Below are positions 43,212-56,574 of a DNA stretch of 64,000 bases, piece after piece; positions within the stretch are counted from its first letter, which is position 1; every line of letters begins with the position of its first letter. The DNA is taken from positions 992,001 to 1,056,000 of the forward strand of contig JBODTK010000015.1 in the NCBI GenBank assembly GCA_050613775.1. The letters run 5' to 3'. A program made the translations under genes and the position numbers. The notes beneath the pieces are model-generated. The model made no database searches and had not been told where the DNA came from. It was given only the letters and a program-made list of their open reading frames with translations. This stretch comes from Neocallimastix sp. 'constans' (Eukaryota).

Positions 43212-43913
43212 CTTATATAATTTATCTAATATATTTGTTTTTTTAATTTTATTTTTTTATTATTTTAATTTTATTTTTTTATTATTTTAATTTATTTTTT
43301 CTATATTTTATTTAAATAATAATAATTATTTATATATATATATATATATATTTTTTTTAAAAGAAGAAAAAAAAAAAAAAAAGAGAGAAGATATTAGAAA
43401 TATATATATATATATATGTATATATATTAATTTTATTTCTATACCTAAATTCTATATTTTTTAATAAAAAAAGAAAAAAAAAAATTTTTTTATTTTTTTT
43501 TCTTTTTTATATTTTTTTTTTCTTTTTTTATTTTTTTTTCTTCTCTTCTTTCTTTTTCATTTATATATATATATTAAATTCTATTAAAATTATTATTATT
43601 ATTTTATATTTTTTATCTTTTTAATTTGAAAATAAAAAATAAATAATATATAAAAAATAAAAAAAAATAAATAAATAAATTATCTATTATTATCTATTAT
43701 TATTATATTTACATGGATATATAAACCCTAACTCTATTTTTATTATTTCTTTGATTTCTAAATCTATATTATATTTCTTCAATATTTACATGGATATACT
43801 CCAACTTTATTATATTTTTTTTTCTTATTTTATTATTTCTAAATTTATATTATATTTCTAAATTTATATTATATTTCTATGAAGTTTTTTTTTTTTTTTA
43901 TTAATCTTTGTAT

Positions 43914-44594
43914 CTATTTAAAAATTCTTTGTTTGCGATGGTGATGATGTAACTCAAAATATCTATCTACTATTCTATCATAGACAACTAAAGCAACTAA
44001 TGAGATGAAGATAATAACGGCTACAACAATCTTATATAAATTTTTGTAGACACTTTTCATGGTATCGGAAAGATCATCATTTTCATTTATTTTCTTTGTT
44101 TTTACTATTAATAAATAAAAGTATATAAATATTGAAAATATAAAGGCTACATGAATAATATTCACCTTTACCTTTTTAATTTCATAATTCTTATTTAAAT
44201 TATGTTTAATTTCTATTATGAGTTTTATAATGGCGAATACTAAGAATAAATTTAATACGATCACCACTATTGATAAAACATTGAAGGAACTATAATCCTC
44301 CTCTAGTAGAAGAACTTTAATATAATAACAAATAGTAAATATTAAAGTTAAAAGGTTATAGAAAAGCAAAGCAACTTCAGCAAAGAATCTATATCTATGT
44401 AACTTTCCAGAGTAACCACTGCCGCTCCTACCATCACTTTTTCCTTTTCCTTCGAAATTCATAAATCCATTAATGATAATGGTTTCAGAATTTTCAGAAG
44501 ATGGATGTGTACTGGAACTTCCAGTACTCTTTCCCGAATGATTACTATTATCTGTTTCATAAATATTTATTGAAACATTTTTTATATTATTCAT
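43914..44594 (-). CDS. Uncharacterised 4-TM membrane protein, 226 aa, single exon
   Basis: ATG after aaaa; S/G-rich N-terminus; four hydrophobic ~20-aa segments; basic, His-rich C-terminus (HHHHRKQR). Confidence 0.75.
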   Translation of the reverse strand: MNNIKNVSINIYETDNSNHSGKSTGSSSTHPSSENSETIIINGFMNFEGKGKSDGRSGSGYSGKLHRYRFFAEVALLFYNLLTLIFTICYYIKVLLLEEDYSSFNVLSIVVIVLNLFLVFAIIKLIIEIKHNLNKNYEIKKVKVNIIHVAFIFSIFIYFYLLIVKTKKINENDDLSDTMKSVYKNLYKIVVAVIIFISLVALVVYDRIVDRYFELHHHHRKQRIFK

Positions 44595-45664
44595 TTTTTA
44601 TTATTTTTTTTATTATCTTATTTTATTTTATTAAAATAGTTAAATAATTTTTCGTTTTAATCTTTAAAAATATATTTATCTATTTATTTACTGTTTATTT
44701 TTATTATTTTTAAATACTTATATAAATTGCTTAATTTTGGTATATACACACATATATACGTTATTTTTTTTTTCTATTTATTAGAGTACTTTGAATAATT
44801 AAAATTTTATATTACTTTTTTTTTTTATTATTTTTATTATATTATTGGTATAATCTTTTTTTTTTTTTTATTTTAATTAAGTTTTTATTGTTATGGTATA
44901 ATTCTATTTTAAAATTCTTTTTAAAATATCTATCTTATTTTCTGAAATTCCTATTTTTTTTTTTAGTTTTAATAATTATATATTTATTAATTAAAATGAA
45001 TATTATTTTTTAAAATGAAATTAAAAATAAAAAAAAAAAAAAAAAAAAAAAAAATTATTTGGTATTTATATATAAAAAAAAAATTTTTTTTTTATAGGTT
45101 TTCATTTATTTTATAGATTAAAAATTAATTTATATGCCTTTTTTTTTTTTTATTAAAATTTTACCTATTTTTTAAAATATACTTAATATATATAAATTTT
45201 CATCTTACTATTATAACTTTATTTAATATTTGTTATTATTATATAATTTTATTATTAATATTATCTTATCATTAATGCAAAAATAATTAATTCTCATAAA
45301 TATGAAATGTTTTATGAAATTAAATTATATAACTGCAAAATTATTAAATTAATAATTATTTATTAATTATTAATTATTATTTATTATTAAATATATAAAA
45401 ATATTATTATTTAATTTAACGCCATTAATATTGTTTGTGCATTAAAAATTAATTAATTATTATCCTTTATTTAAAAGTTTAATTCTTAATTAAATAAATT
45501 ATTAAATTTTTATAAATATTTATAGATATTAATTAATATTAATAAATATTAATAAATATTAATAAATATTATTAAATAATATTAAATATTAATAAATATT
45601 AATATTAATAAATATTAATAAATATTATTAAATATTAATAAATATTAATAAATATTAATAAATA

Positions 45665-45695
<31 letters not shown>

Positions 45696-48600
45696 AAAGA
45701 AAAAAAAAAAAAAAAAAAAGAAAAAAAAAAGGTTATTTTTAATAATATAGATTTTCCTTTTTTATTTATTTATTTATATTTAATCTATTTTTTATTTAAT
45801 AATATTTATTGTGTAACATAAACTTTTAATTTATTTTAATCTATAAAATAAACATAAACATAAAATTTGAAAGTTAAAAATATATAAAAAATAAAATATA
45901 AAAATTAAAAAAAATAATAAAATATAATAAATAATAAATAATAAATATTAAATATTAAATATTGAAATATTTTTAAATTATTAAATTGGTCATTTATTAA
46001 TCATAAAATTCATGACTATATTATTTCTTAAGGAATAATAAATATAATTAAATGCTTGAAATCATTTTATTTTATATAATAAATAATAAAAAAAAATATA
46101 AATATATATTATATATTATATACATTATAATATTTTTTTATTTTTTTTTTAAATTTCAATTAAGCAAGGGGTTAAAAAACATTAAATATAAATTCAATTT
46201 AGATTATTATGAAATATTTAGTAAAATCATTAAAGTATGAAAATATATATAAAAACAAATATTTTAAAATCATAATAAAATGTCATAAATTTTAAAAAAA
46301 AAAAAAAGAATTTTAATAAAGTTTTATTATAATAGTGATATCTTTTTTTATATCTTTAATTGTTAAATTATTTATTATAATAATAAAATTTATATTTCAT
46401 ATTTATCCTACAAATTATTCTATAAATTATTTAATAAATTTATTAAATTAAATATAAAATATAATAATATATAATTTAATTAAATATATAATATAATATA
46501 ATATTTAATATAATATAATATTTAATATATAATTTGGTTATTACTTTTTTTTTTCCTATCTTTTTTTTTTTTTTTTTTCCGTGTTTATTTATAATAAAAT
46601 TATCTTTTCCATTTTTTTTCCATTTTTTTTTTTGTTTAATTTTTTTAATTTTTTTTCATATAAATTAATTCTGACCATTTATTAAATATTATTAAATAAA
46701 GTTTATTCCTAGTTGAAAAAAAATAAAAAAAAAAATTCTGACCATTTTTAATGTTTAATTGACCAAAGTTTAATTATTAAATATAAATGAATAGACAAAT
46801 AAATAATATAATAAATAAATGTATAATAAAATTAATTAAAAAATGAAATAATAAATAAATAAATAAATAATATAACAAAAAATATATTAATCAGAGAATA
46901 TTTTTAACTTTAAAAAATAAAAAATAAAAACAGAATAAAAAAAATGAAAAATTGAAAAATTAAAAATAAAATAAAAAAAATGAAAAATTGAAAAATTAAA
47001 AATAAAATAAAAAAAATAAAAAATTGAGAGATTGAAAGATTTAAAGTTTGAACTTTATTTTATATAAAAAGTTTTAAAAAAAAATTTTTTTTATCAAGAA
47101 TTTATTATTATCGCAAACTCTGATTTATTTCTTTTGCTTTAATTCTTATATTTTTTAATTTTTTTTTTATGTTATGCTTTTACATTATATATTATACATG
47201 TATATTATATCTTTAATAAAGTTTTATACTTCTTTTATTCTATTCAATATACTGATTTAAAATAAAAACACTTTCAATATTAAACTTTTTGTAATTTTTC
47301 TTTTCATTAAAAAAAATTACAAAAATTTATTTTTTTTTTAATGAAAAGATAAATATTCAGTTTAAAAAACATATATATAATTATTATCAAAATATAAAAG
47401 ATATATAAAATTATAAAATATAAAAATATAAAAAATATATAAATTTATAAAAATATAAAAATATAAAAAATATAAAAATTTATAAATTTATAAAAATATA
47501 AAAATTATAATACATATATTATATATATTTTCTTTTTTTTTATCCATCTTTTCTTCCTCTCTACCTCCCTTTTATTGTTATGTTTTATGGAAGTAAAATA
47601 AAAAAAAAAAAAAAATAAAATTAAACTTTAAAACATAATAAAATTCCATATGACCATGAGAATTTATATTAATATTGCCTTTTATATAAATTCTTTTTAT
47701 TAAATCTCAAGTTTAATTTTAATATAAAATATATTAAATATACTTAATATTTTACAGAAATATTTTATATATTTAATATAAATAAAAATTAACAAATAAT
47801 ATTTATTATTATAAAACTAGTATTAAATGAAATAAGTTTTTATATAAATTATAATTATTTTTATTATTTATTATTTAATTATTTATTATTTATTATTTTA
47901 TTATTTTATTATTATTATTATTCAATTATTTAATTATTTATTTTTTATTATTTTATTATTTTATTATTATTCAATTATTTAATTATTTAATTATTTAATT
48001 ATTTAATTATTTATTATTTATTATTTATTATTTATTATTTATTATTTATTATTTATTATTTATTACTTAATTATTAATTATTAATTATTATTTATTATTC
48101 TATATACAATGATAATTTTTAATTTTGTAATTCTCTTTTTTTTTAATTATAAATATGAAACCAAACAAAGAATATAGCAAAATAATAATAATAATAAAAA
48201 AAAAAAAAACTCAATATATGGGAAGGTTTCTTAATGATAGAAAATATTATTATGATTATTATGATTGTTGGTATTATTTATTATTTATTATTATTATCTT
48301 TTTTTTTTTTTTTTTTTTTTTTTTTTCTCATTTTTAATTTTGATGTCTCATAATTTCATTTTAAAAAGAAAAAAAGTTTTGAATTGAATCAATTCAATAA
48401 TAATTAATTAATTATTAATTACTAATGATCATTTTTGACACCTTTTTATATATATTTTATATATATATATTAATTATAATTAATAAATAAAAATATATTA
48501 AAAGTTTCGTTTTATTATTATTATTATTATTATTTGTTATTATTCCATTATTATTATTATTTGTTATTATTCCATTATTATTATTTATTTATTTTATTTT

Positions 48601-49507
48601 ATTTATTTTCAAAATTTCAAAATTATTGAGAATATATCTAATCTTTAATATTTTTTTTTTTTTGTATCAATAAATAAAAGCAATTGTCAACATATTTATT
48701 TATAATAATTATAAAAAAGATGAGAAAAGAAGGTTTCATTACATTATAAAACAAAGTAATAAAATTAAAAAAAAAAAAAAAAAATAAAAAATATTATAAT
48801 TAAAATTATTAATTTAATTATTTTAATACTATTCTTCATATTATTTAATAATATATGAGAAATTATTATTTATTATTTATTAATAATATAATTATTATTA
48901 TTACCATCAAAAAAAAATATATATATATATATAAAAAAATAACAATAAAAATTAAATTTATACATATATTTATATTTATATTTAATTTTATTATTACAAA
49001 AAAAAAAAAATGAATAGCGGATAAATTATAAAAAAAAAAAAGTTTGATGTCATAAAATTAAAGCTTTATATATTTATTGAAACATAATAATAATATAAAT
49101 ATATGAATATTTTAATAATTGTATAATTGAATATTTGAATAATTGTATAACAAATAATGAAAATTGTATTTATAATTGAATATATAGATATTATAATAAT
49201 GAATAAATAACAATATAAATATTAAATAATTGGAAAAATTAATGAATAAATAATAAATAATAGTAATAAATAATAGTAATGATAATACTAATAATAACAA
49301 TAATAAATAATAATACTAATAGAAATATTACATAATAAAACCATAAACAATAATAATAATAATAATAAAATTAAATAATAAAAACAATAATAAAACATAT
49401 ATTTTAATTAATTAAAATAATTAATTTATATATTTTTATAAATATGAACATTTTAATTTTTTATTTTATTTTTTTTATAGTTTTCTTGCAATATAAATTA
49501 GAAATAA

Positions 49508-49521
49508 AAAATAGAAATACG

Positions 49522-49571
<50 letters not shown>

Positions 49572-49954
49572 TTATTAATTACTATTAAATAAAATATAGA
49601 ATTATAAGTAATAAATAGATATCTAATATAAAAATATCTAATATTTTTATATTAGATATACAATTATTATATAATAATCTTGATTGTTAACAATAATAAT
49701 AATAAATATTTTTTTTTTTTATTTTCAAAAGATAAAAAATGAAAAGATTAAAATAATAAATAATATTTAATATTTAATATTTAATTAAATAGTAAAAAAA
49801 AAAAGTTTTAAAAAAAAATTGTGGATGAAAAATAATTAAAAATAGAAATACAGCAAAATAAAAATAAAACAAAGAAATAACAAAAAAAAAACTTTATCAA
49901 TTACTATTAAATAAAATATAGAATTATAAGTAATATATAGGAAAAAATAACAGT

Positions 49955-49990
<36 letters not shown>

Positions 49991-50099
49991 CAAAAGATAA
50001 AAAATGAAAAGATTAAAATAATAAATAATATATAATATATAATTTATGGAAAAAAAAAAAAAAGTTTAAAAAAAAAAATTGTGGATGAAAAATAATTAA
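49508..50099. repeat. Imperfect ~0.3-kb tandem duplication
   Basis: The blocks aaatagaaatac(g/a)gc, aattactattaaataaaatatagaattataagtaata, caaaagataaaaaatgaaaagattaaaataataaataata and ttgtggatgaaaaataattaa each occur twice in the same order (49508-49837 and 49838-50099). Confidence 0.85.
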
Positions 50100-50239
50100 G
50101 GATGAAAAATGAATTTGTGTCACGTCACATCGTCACATCAGTCACCTAAATGATTTTATAATTGTTATTAATTTTTTTTATTTATTATTATAAATAATTA
50201 TTATTATATTATTATTATTATTATTATAACTATTATTAT

Positions 50240-50486
50240 TATTGTTATATATTTAATTTTATTAATTTATTAATATATTTAATATAAACAAGTCTGAGAT
50301 TAAAATAAAAATAATCAGGTGAAATATATATACTAAATTTAATCAAATGATTTCGTGATTTACATAAAAATAAGAAATAAGTTATTTACATAAAAGAATG
50401 ATATTAACATAAATAATGTTAATCATACATAAAATAATAATTATATAAAAAATAAAATATAAATTAATATATTAATATTTATAACA
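50240..50486 (-). repeat. 3' LTR of the copia element
   Basis: Near-identical to 54534-54794; begins TGTTATA on the minus strand directly after the PPT. The left boundary is 50240 or 50243. Confidence 0.9.
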
Positions 50487-50497
50487 CTCCCCCTCAA
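50487..50497 (-). other. Polypurine tract
   Basis: TTGAGGGGGAG immediately 5' of the 3' LTR on the minus strand, a typical copia PPT. Confidence 0.92.
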
Positions 50498-50499
50498 AT

Positions 50500-53400
50500 G
50501 TAATTTTTAATTATTAAAAATTATATTTGCGAAGGATTTTATTTTGTTTCCATTAGTGACTTTTGTTAAAAATATCTGCTAAGTTTTCAGAGCTTTCAAT
50601 GTGTTTTAATTCAACTATTTTCTTCTTAATGTTGTCTACATTAAAGTGATATTTAATTGATATATGTTTTAATTTAGGATTTAAATCACCATTTTTTCAT
50701 AGAAATTTTACATGCATTATTATCAGTAAAAATAGTTATTGGTTTATTAAATCCTTATTAATTCAAAAAGAATATTCTTGATCCATAATAATTTCTTGAT
50801 GCATTTGGGAAGCACTAATATATTCTGCTTCAGCGGTTGAGGTAGCAACTATAGACTGTTTTTTAGACATCCAAGAGATTGGATTATTTCCTAAAAGAAT
50901 AATATGTCCAGAAGTTGATTTTCTGTCTTTAATGTCTCCAGCAAAATCAGAATCAGAATCATAAGCAACTATGTTTCCTTGACCATCATAAGTTATCTTG
51001 TAATCTATAGTGCTGTTCAAATATTTCAAGATGTTTTCTACTTTTCTCCAATCGGTCATTATAGGATTTTCCGAATTTCTGGCGACTTTGTGTTCGGCAA
51101 AAGAGATGTCCGGTCTGGTCGCTTTGGATAAGAATATTAGCATACCAATAGCGCTTTTATATGTTGTTTTATCAAATGGAACATTATTCTCAGAAATAAT
51201 ATTATCTCCAACGCATGGAGTTGTAACTTTTCTCATATTATTAATATTGAATTTATTTAAAATGATGTTAATAAAATGTTTTTGAGAAAATTGAATAATT
51301 GAAATTGTTCTTTTCAATTTTAATTCCTAATATATAATTAATTGATTCGCATTTTGAATTTTATAAAAAATACAGGATTTTCTTTTCTTTTTAAAATATT
51401 TGAATTTAAATTATGATTAATAAAATTATTATTTTTATTATTTGATGATGTTCTTTCATCATAATTATTTTTAATTAAATTATTTTTATTTAAAATTTTT
51501 AAATTATTGCTTTTTTTGATAAATTTGGTAAATTCATTCTATAGGTCCAATAATTAAATTTATGTGATTGATTGGGAACATTGTTATTTTCAATAATTAT
51601 TTTTTTTTAATATTACTGCTAAAAGTGGACTTTTTGTTTACATTTGGAGTAATAATTTCTTTTAACGTTTTACTTTTATTAATTTTATTATTGTGTATAT
51701 TATTATTGTTTTGTAATATATTATTATTTCTTAATGATATAGAATTTGTATTATTAATTGTATCAGTTAATTGAGTATTATTATTTTTGATAATATATGT
51801 TAGAATATTCATCAATATTATTTTCTTTATTATTATTTAATATATTCGACTTAATATTATCTTCGAATTTATTATTATTTAAAGTTTCATTAAATTTTTC
51901 ATTTAAATTTTTAATATTTTCATTATTAATTAAAGTTTGATTTTTATTGGCAATTAAATTTTTGTCATTTTCATTATATAATAAAGTTATGTTTATATTT
52001 TTTTCAGAATTTGAAAAAATTTTATTTTGAATAATTTCATCATTTTTTAAATTTTGAAAAATTTTCAGTTGTATTTATATTTTGTGATTTCTCTTATTTT
52101 TGACTATCAAATTTAGTCGTTTTTTTCAATATTTTGTCTATTTCCGAAAGAGTTATTAGGTGGTGTCTTATTTTTATTGTTTTGATTGGAATCTGGTAAG
52201 GAAATAGTTGACGGATAATCACTACCATCGTCAGGAATGTCATAGAAAATTTCCTCATTTGAATTATTTTGATTATTATTTTTATGGTTAAATTATTAGG
52301 ATTATAACCAATAAAATTGGTAAAATTAAAATAGAATTGGAAGAAATTTGGATCCCCATATCGATTTTTATTATCATTTGATAATTTAAGGTTGGCTGGA
52401 GTATATTCCAAGCAGTGAATTTCTCTAACTTTATGTATTTTGTAATTTTCATAATCCATTATAATATAACAATTCGATTGTTCAACTAAATCCCAAAAAT
52501 GTTCCTTTACGAGAATTTGGTGAAAATTTAGATTTATTTTGATCAAAAATTTTGTAATAAACTAATGCATCCATATACACGTAAATATTTAATATTTGAT
52601 TTTTTATTGAAAAATATTTCATCAGGGATTTTATTATTAATGCTTCTATGTGGTTGTGGTACTTTGTTGTAAACATAGTTAGCGTAAGTTACAGCAAAAT
52701 CCCAAAAATTTTCGCTTAATCCACTCCAATATAATATTGTTTTTGTACAGGAGATTAGAGTTTGATTAAATCTCTCTGCAATTCCATTATTTTCAGGGTT
52801 GTAAGGAGGAGAAAATACCTTTAAAATACCATTTTCTTTACAGAAATTTTTAATTTTCTTGTTATCAAATTCACGTCCTTGATCTGATTTGAAAATTTTT
52901 AATTTTATAGTTATTATTGTTATTATTTAAGAATTTAAAACCTTCAATAATAGTATCTATGACTTCAGATTTACTTTTTAATAGGAATATCCAACTTTTT
53001 CTACTAAACTCATCAATAAAAGTTAAAATAAACCTTTTTTCCAGTAAAAGATTTATTTATTGGCCTAATAATACCAGAATGTATTACTTCGAGGATATAA
53101 GAAGCTTTGGGAGTAATTCTATTGTGTGATTTTCTTTTCATTTTTGTTATTTTTCATTCATCACAACAATTATGATTATTTATACCATGTTCTTGTAAAT
53201 ACTTTTGCATATCCTCATTATAATAATGACCAATTCTTCTATGCCAAAGAAGTTCTTGGTAATTATTAAAATTTTGCATAGCCATAATATTATTTCTATT
53301 ATTACTTATTTCATATTTTTTTTTATTTTGAACATTAGTGAAATTTACTTCATTTCTTTTATTAGCTTGAAATGATGCGATTGTTTTATAATTTTTATCT

Positions 53401-54475
53401 AGCATTTTTAGAGTAACATTGTTATTTATTTCTTCAATAATAACTTTTATTCCAATTTTAGCTAATTCTATACCACTAATCATATTTTTAGTTACATCTT
53501 TTGAGTACAGAACACGATTTAATTTTATTTTGTAATTATTTATATTTAAAATTGTTTCTCCATAGCCATCAAAAGTACATTTAGTTCCGTTAGCACAACT
53601 TAAATTTATTTTTTCATTTTTAAAATTTCGTAATATACTTTTATTATTAGTTGTATGTTCACCAGTACCACTATCATATAACCATTCGTCTTTATTATAA
53701 TTATTGGTATTGAATAAATATTTTATTGTATTTAACTGTTTAAGAACACGTGTATTTTTGTGTTTTAACATCAAATTTTCATTAGTAATGGATGGATTAT
53801 TAATTTTATTGATAAAGTTTATTGATTTTGTGTCGTCATCGGATTTATTTGAGTTAGTATCTTCATTATTATTGTTCCATTCGCTGGCATAAGATTTCAT
53901 GGTTATATTATATTTTATTCTCTCACACAGTTGTTTGTAGGTTTCGTTAACGTTGAATTCAAATTTACTCCTAAATCCGGGAGGAAATGTATTGTAAGCA
54001 TATTTTAATTTTTCCTTATCTGAAATGGGAAACTTTGATTTTTTCATATTTTCAAAAATATTATCTAACTTTGTTAAATATATTTAGAATATCTTTTATG
54101 GTTTTTACTTTTAAATCAGCTATCTTTTTAGCCCAATAAAGTCATATCCGTTTCACTTTCTCTGTATTCTCCTTTAAGGTACTTTATTATAGAATACGCA
54201 GATTCTAATTTTATGACATCCTTTATAATGTCAGAGACTATAGAATTTAAAATAAAAATCCTTGCCTTCTTATTTTCTCTTTTCGCATTTTCTAATTCAT
54301 CTGAATTAGAATTTTTTTTCTTCTAGTTCTTTAAGTACATCTTTATCAATGTAATTATTTAAATTATTAATGTATAGTACATCATAGATTATTGTGTGTA
54401 CCATACTTCAAAATTGTCCCCTGTCAGGCGGACATTATTTTCTTTTAATGAATAATTACTATTATTATCATTCAT
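50500..54475 (-). pseudogene. Disrupted gag-pol polyprotein of the copia element
   Basis: ATG at 54475 (MNDNNSNYSLKENNVRLTGDNFEVWY). Multiple stops and frameshifts split it into the ORF-track pieces 53154-54047, 52482-52676, 52094-52546 and 50763-51317. Confidence 0.92.
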
Positions 54476-54513
54476 TATTTAAAATATTAATTAGTATTAA
54501 TTTCTTTCTTTTC

Positions 54514-54533
54514 TAGAGCTGAGACTCTTAATC
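54514..54533 (-). other. Primer-binding site complementary to the D-stem/anticodon arm of tRNA-Lys(CUU)
   Basis: Plus strand tagagc-tgaga-ctcttaa-tc compared with recalled eukaryotic tRNA-Lys(CUU) TAGAGC-A-TGAGA-CTCTTAA-TC; directly abuts the LTR end (..CAACA on the minus strand). Confidence 0.8.
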
Positions 54534-54794
54534 TGTTGTTATGTATATATTTAATTTTATTTATTTATTAATATATTTAATATAAACAAGTCTAAGATTA
54601 AAATAAAAATAATCAGGTGAAATATATATACTAAATTTAATTAAATGATTTCATGATTTACATAAAAATAAGAAATAAGTTATTTACATAAAAGAATGAT
54701 ATTAACATAAATAATGTTAATCATACATAAAATAATAATTATATAAAAAAATAAAATATAAATTAATATATTAAAATTTATTAATATTATAACA
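54534..54794 (-). repeat. 5' LTR of the copia element
   Basis: TG...CA termini (tgttg..aaca); matches 50240-50486 apart from a few substitutions and small indels. Confidence 0.92.
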
Positions 54795-55419
54795 ATTATT
54801 ATTATACTATTATTATTATTATTGTTAAACAATCAAGATTATTATATAATAATTGTATATCTATATAAAAATGTACATACACATAAATTTATTATAACAT
54901 ATGATGTCACATGTGTTTATACATAATTTAATTTTATTTATTTATTAATTGTTATACTTTGAAACTGTACTTTTCTAAAACTTTATTTTATATAAAGTGT
55001 TTATAATAATTATTAATACAGAACAATATTAAAGGTATTATTTGTCTTTTCTACCCATAGTTGGTTAATTATTATTACTATTATTAGTATTATATTTTTA
55101 TTATTGTTATGAGTATTATATTTTTATTTTTATTATTATTATTAGTATTAGTATGAGTATTAGTATTATTATATTTTTATTTTTATAAAACAAAAAAAGT
55201 AGTAACTTTTCTCTTTTTATTATCACTTAGCGTCATATATTTAAGGATTAATAAAAATAAAAAAAGTAATAATTATATTTATATATATATATATATTTAA
55301 TTATGTATATATGTATATTGAAAGACTAAAAATTATATTTAACAGTCTTTATTATTCTCTCTGGAGTCTTTTTAAAATTATTTCTTAAGAAATGAAAAAA
55401 TATATTAAAATTATTTATT

Positions 55420-56543
55420 TATTATTTATTTATTTATTATTTATTTATTATTCAATTATTATTTATTATTTATTAATAAATACTCTTTTTATTATTTATT
55501 ATTTATTATTTATTAATAAATACTCTTTTTATTATTTATTATTTATTATTTATTAATAAATACTCTTTTTATTATTTATTATTATTTATTATTTATTAAT
55601 AAATACTCTTTTTATTATTTAATTATTTATTATTTATTATTTTTTAATAAATACTCTTTTTATTATTATTTTATTATTTATTATTTTATTATTTATTATT
55701 TATTATTTATTTATTATTTATTATTTATTATTTATTATTTATTATTTATTATTTATTTATTATTTATTATTTATTATTTATTATTTATTATTTATTATTT
55801 ATTTATTATTTATTATTTATTATTTATTATTTATTAATAAATACTCTTTTTATTATTTAATTATTTATTATTTATTATTTTTTAATAAATACTCTTTTTA
55901 TTATTTATTATTTATTATTTTATTATTTATTATTTTATTATTTATTATTTATTATTTATTAATAAATACTCTTTTTATTATTTATTATTTATTATTTATT
56001 ATTTATTATTTATTATTTATTATTTATTATTTATTATTTATTATTTATTATTTATTATTTATTATTTATTATTTATTATTTATTTATTATTTATTATTCA
56101 TTAATTTATTATTTATTATTTATTATTTATTATTTATTATTTATTATTTATTATTTATTATTTATTATTTATTATTTATTATTTATTATTTATTATTTAT
56201 TATTTATTATTTATTATTTATTATTTATTTATTATTTATTATTCATTAATTTATTATTTATTATTTATTATTTATTATTTATTATTTATTATTTAATATT
56301 TATTTATTCATTAATTTATTTATTTATTATTTATTATTTATTATTTATTTATTATTTATTTATTTATTATTTATTATTTATTATTATTTATTATTTATTA
56401 TATATTATTTAATTATTTATTATTTATTATTTATTATTTATTATTTATTATTTATTATTTATTATTTATTATTTATTATTTATTATTTATTATTTATTTA
56501 TTACAAATTTGGTAATTTTAATATTCATGTGATAAACGCAATA

Positions 56544-56574
<31 letters not shown>

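Larger units (their letters stand above)
50240..54794 (-). mobile_element. Ty1/copia LTR retrotransposon, decayed, with an internal RT deletion (~4.55 kb)
   Basis: Two similar ~250-bp LTRs, PBS, PPT, and attat on both flanks (inside an ATT microsatellite, so weak as a TSD). Domain order: gag (LTGDNFEVW), protease (WLYDSGTGEH), LWHRRIGH, integrase (FIDEFSRK, KSDQGREF, PYNPENNGIAERFN), partial RT, RNase H (DSDFAGDIKDRKSTSG, SKKQSIVATSTAEAEY). Confidence 0.96.

Noticed and set aside
54514..54534. tRNA-Lys gene
   Set aside because: Only ~20 nt of the D/anticodon arm are present, with no acceptor stem or T arm; its position next to the LTR marks it as a PBS.
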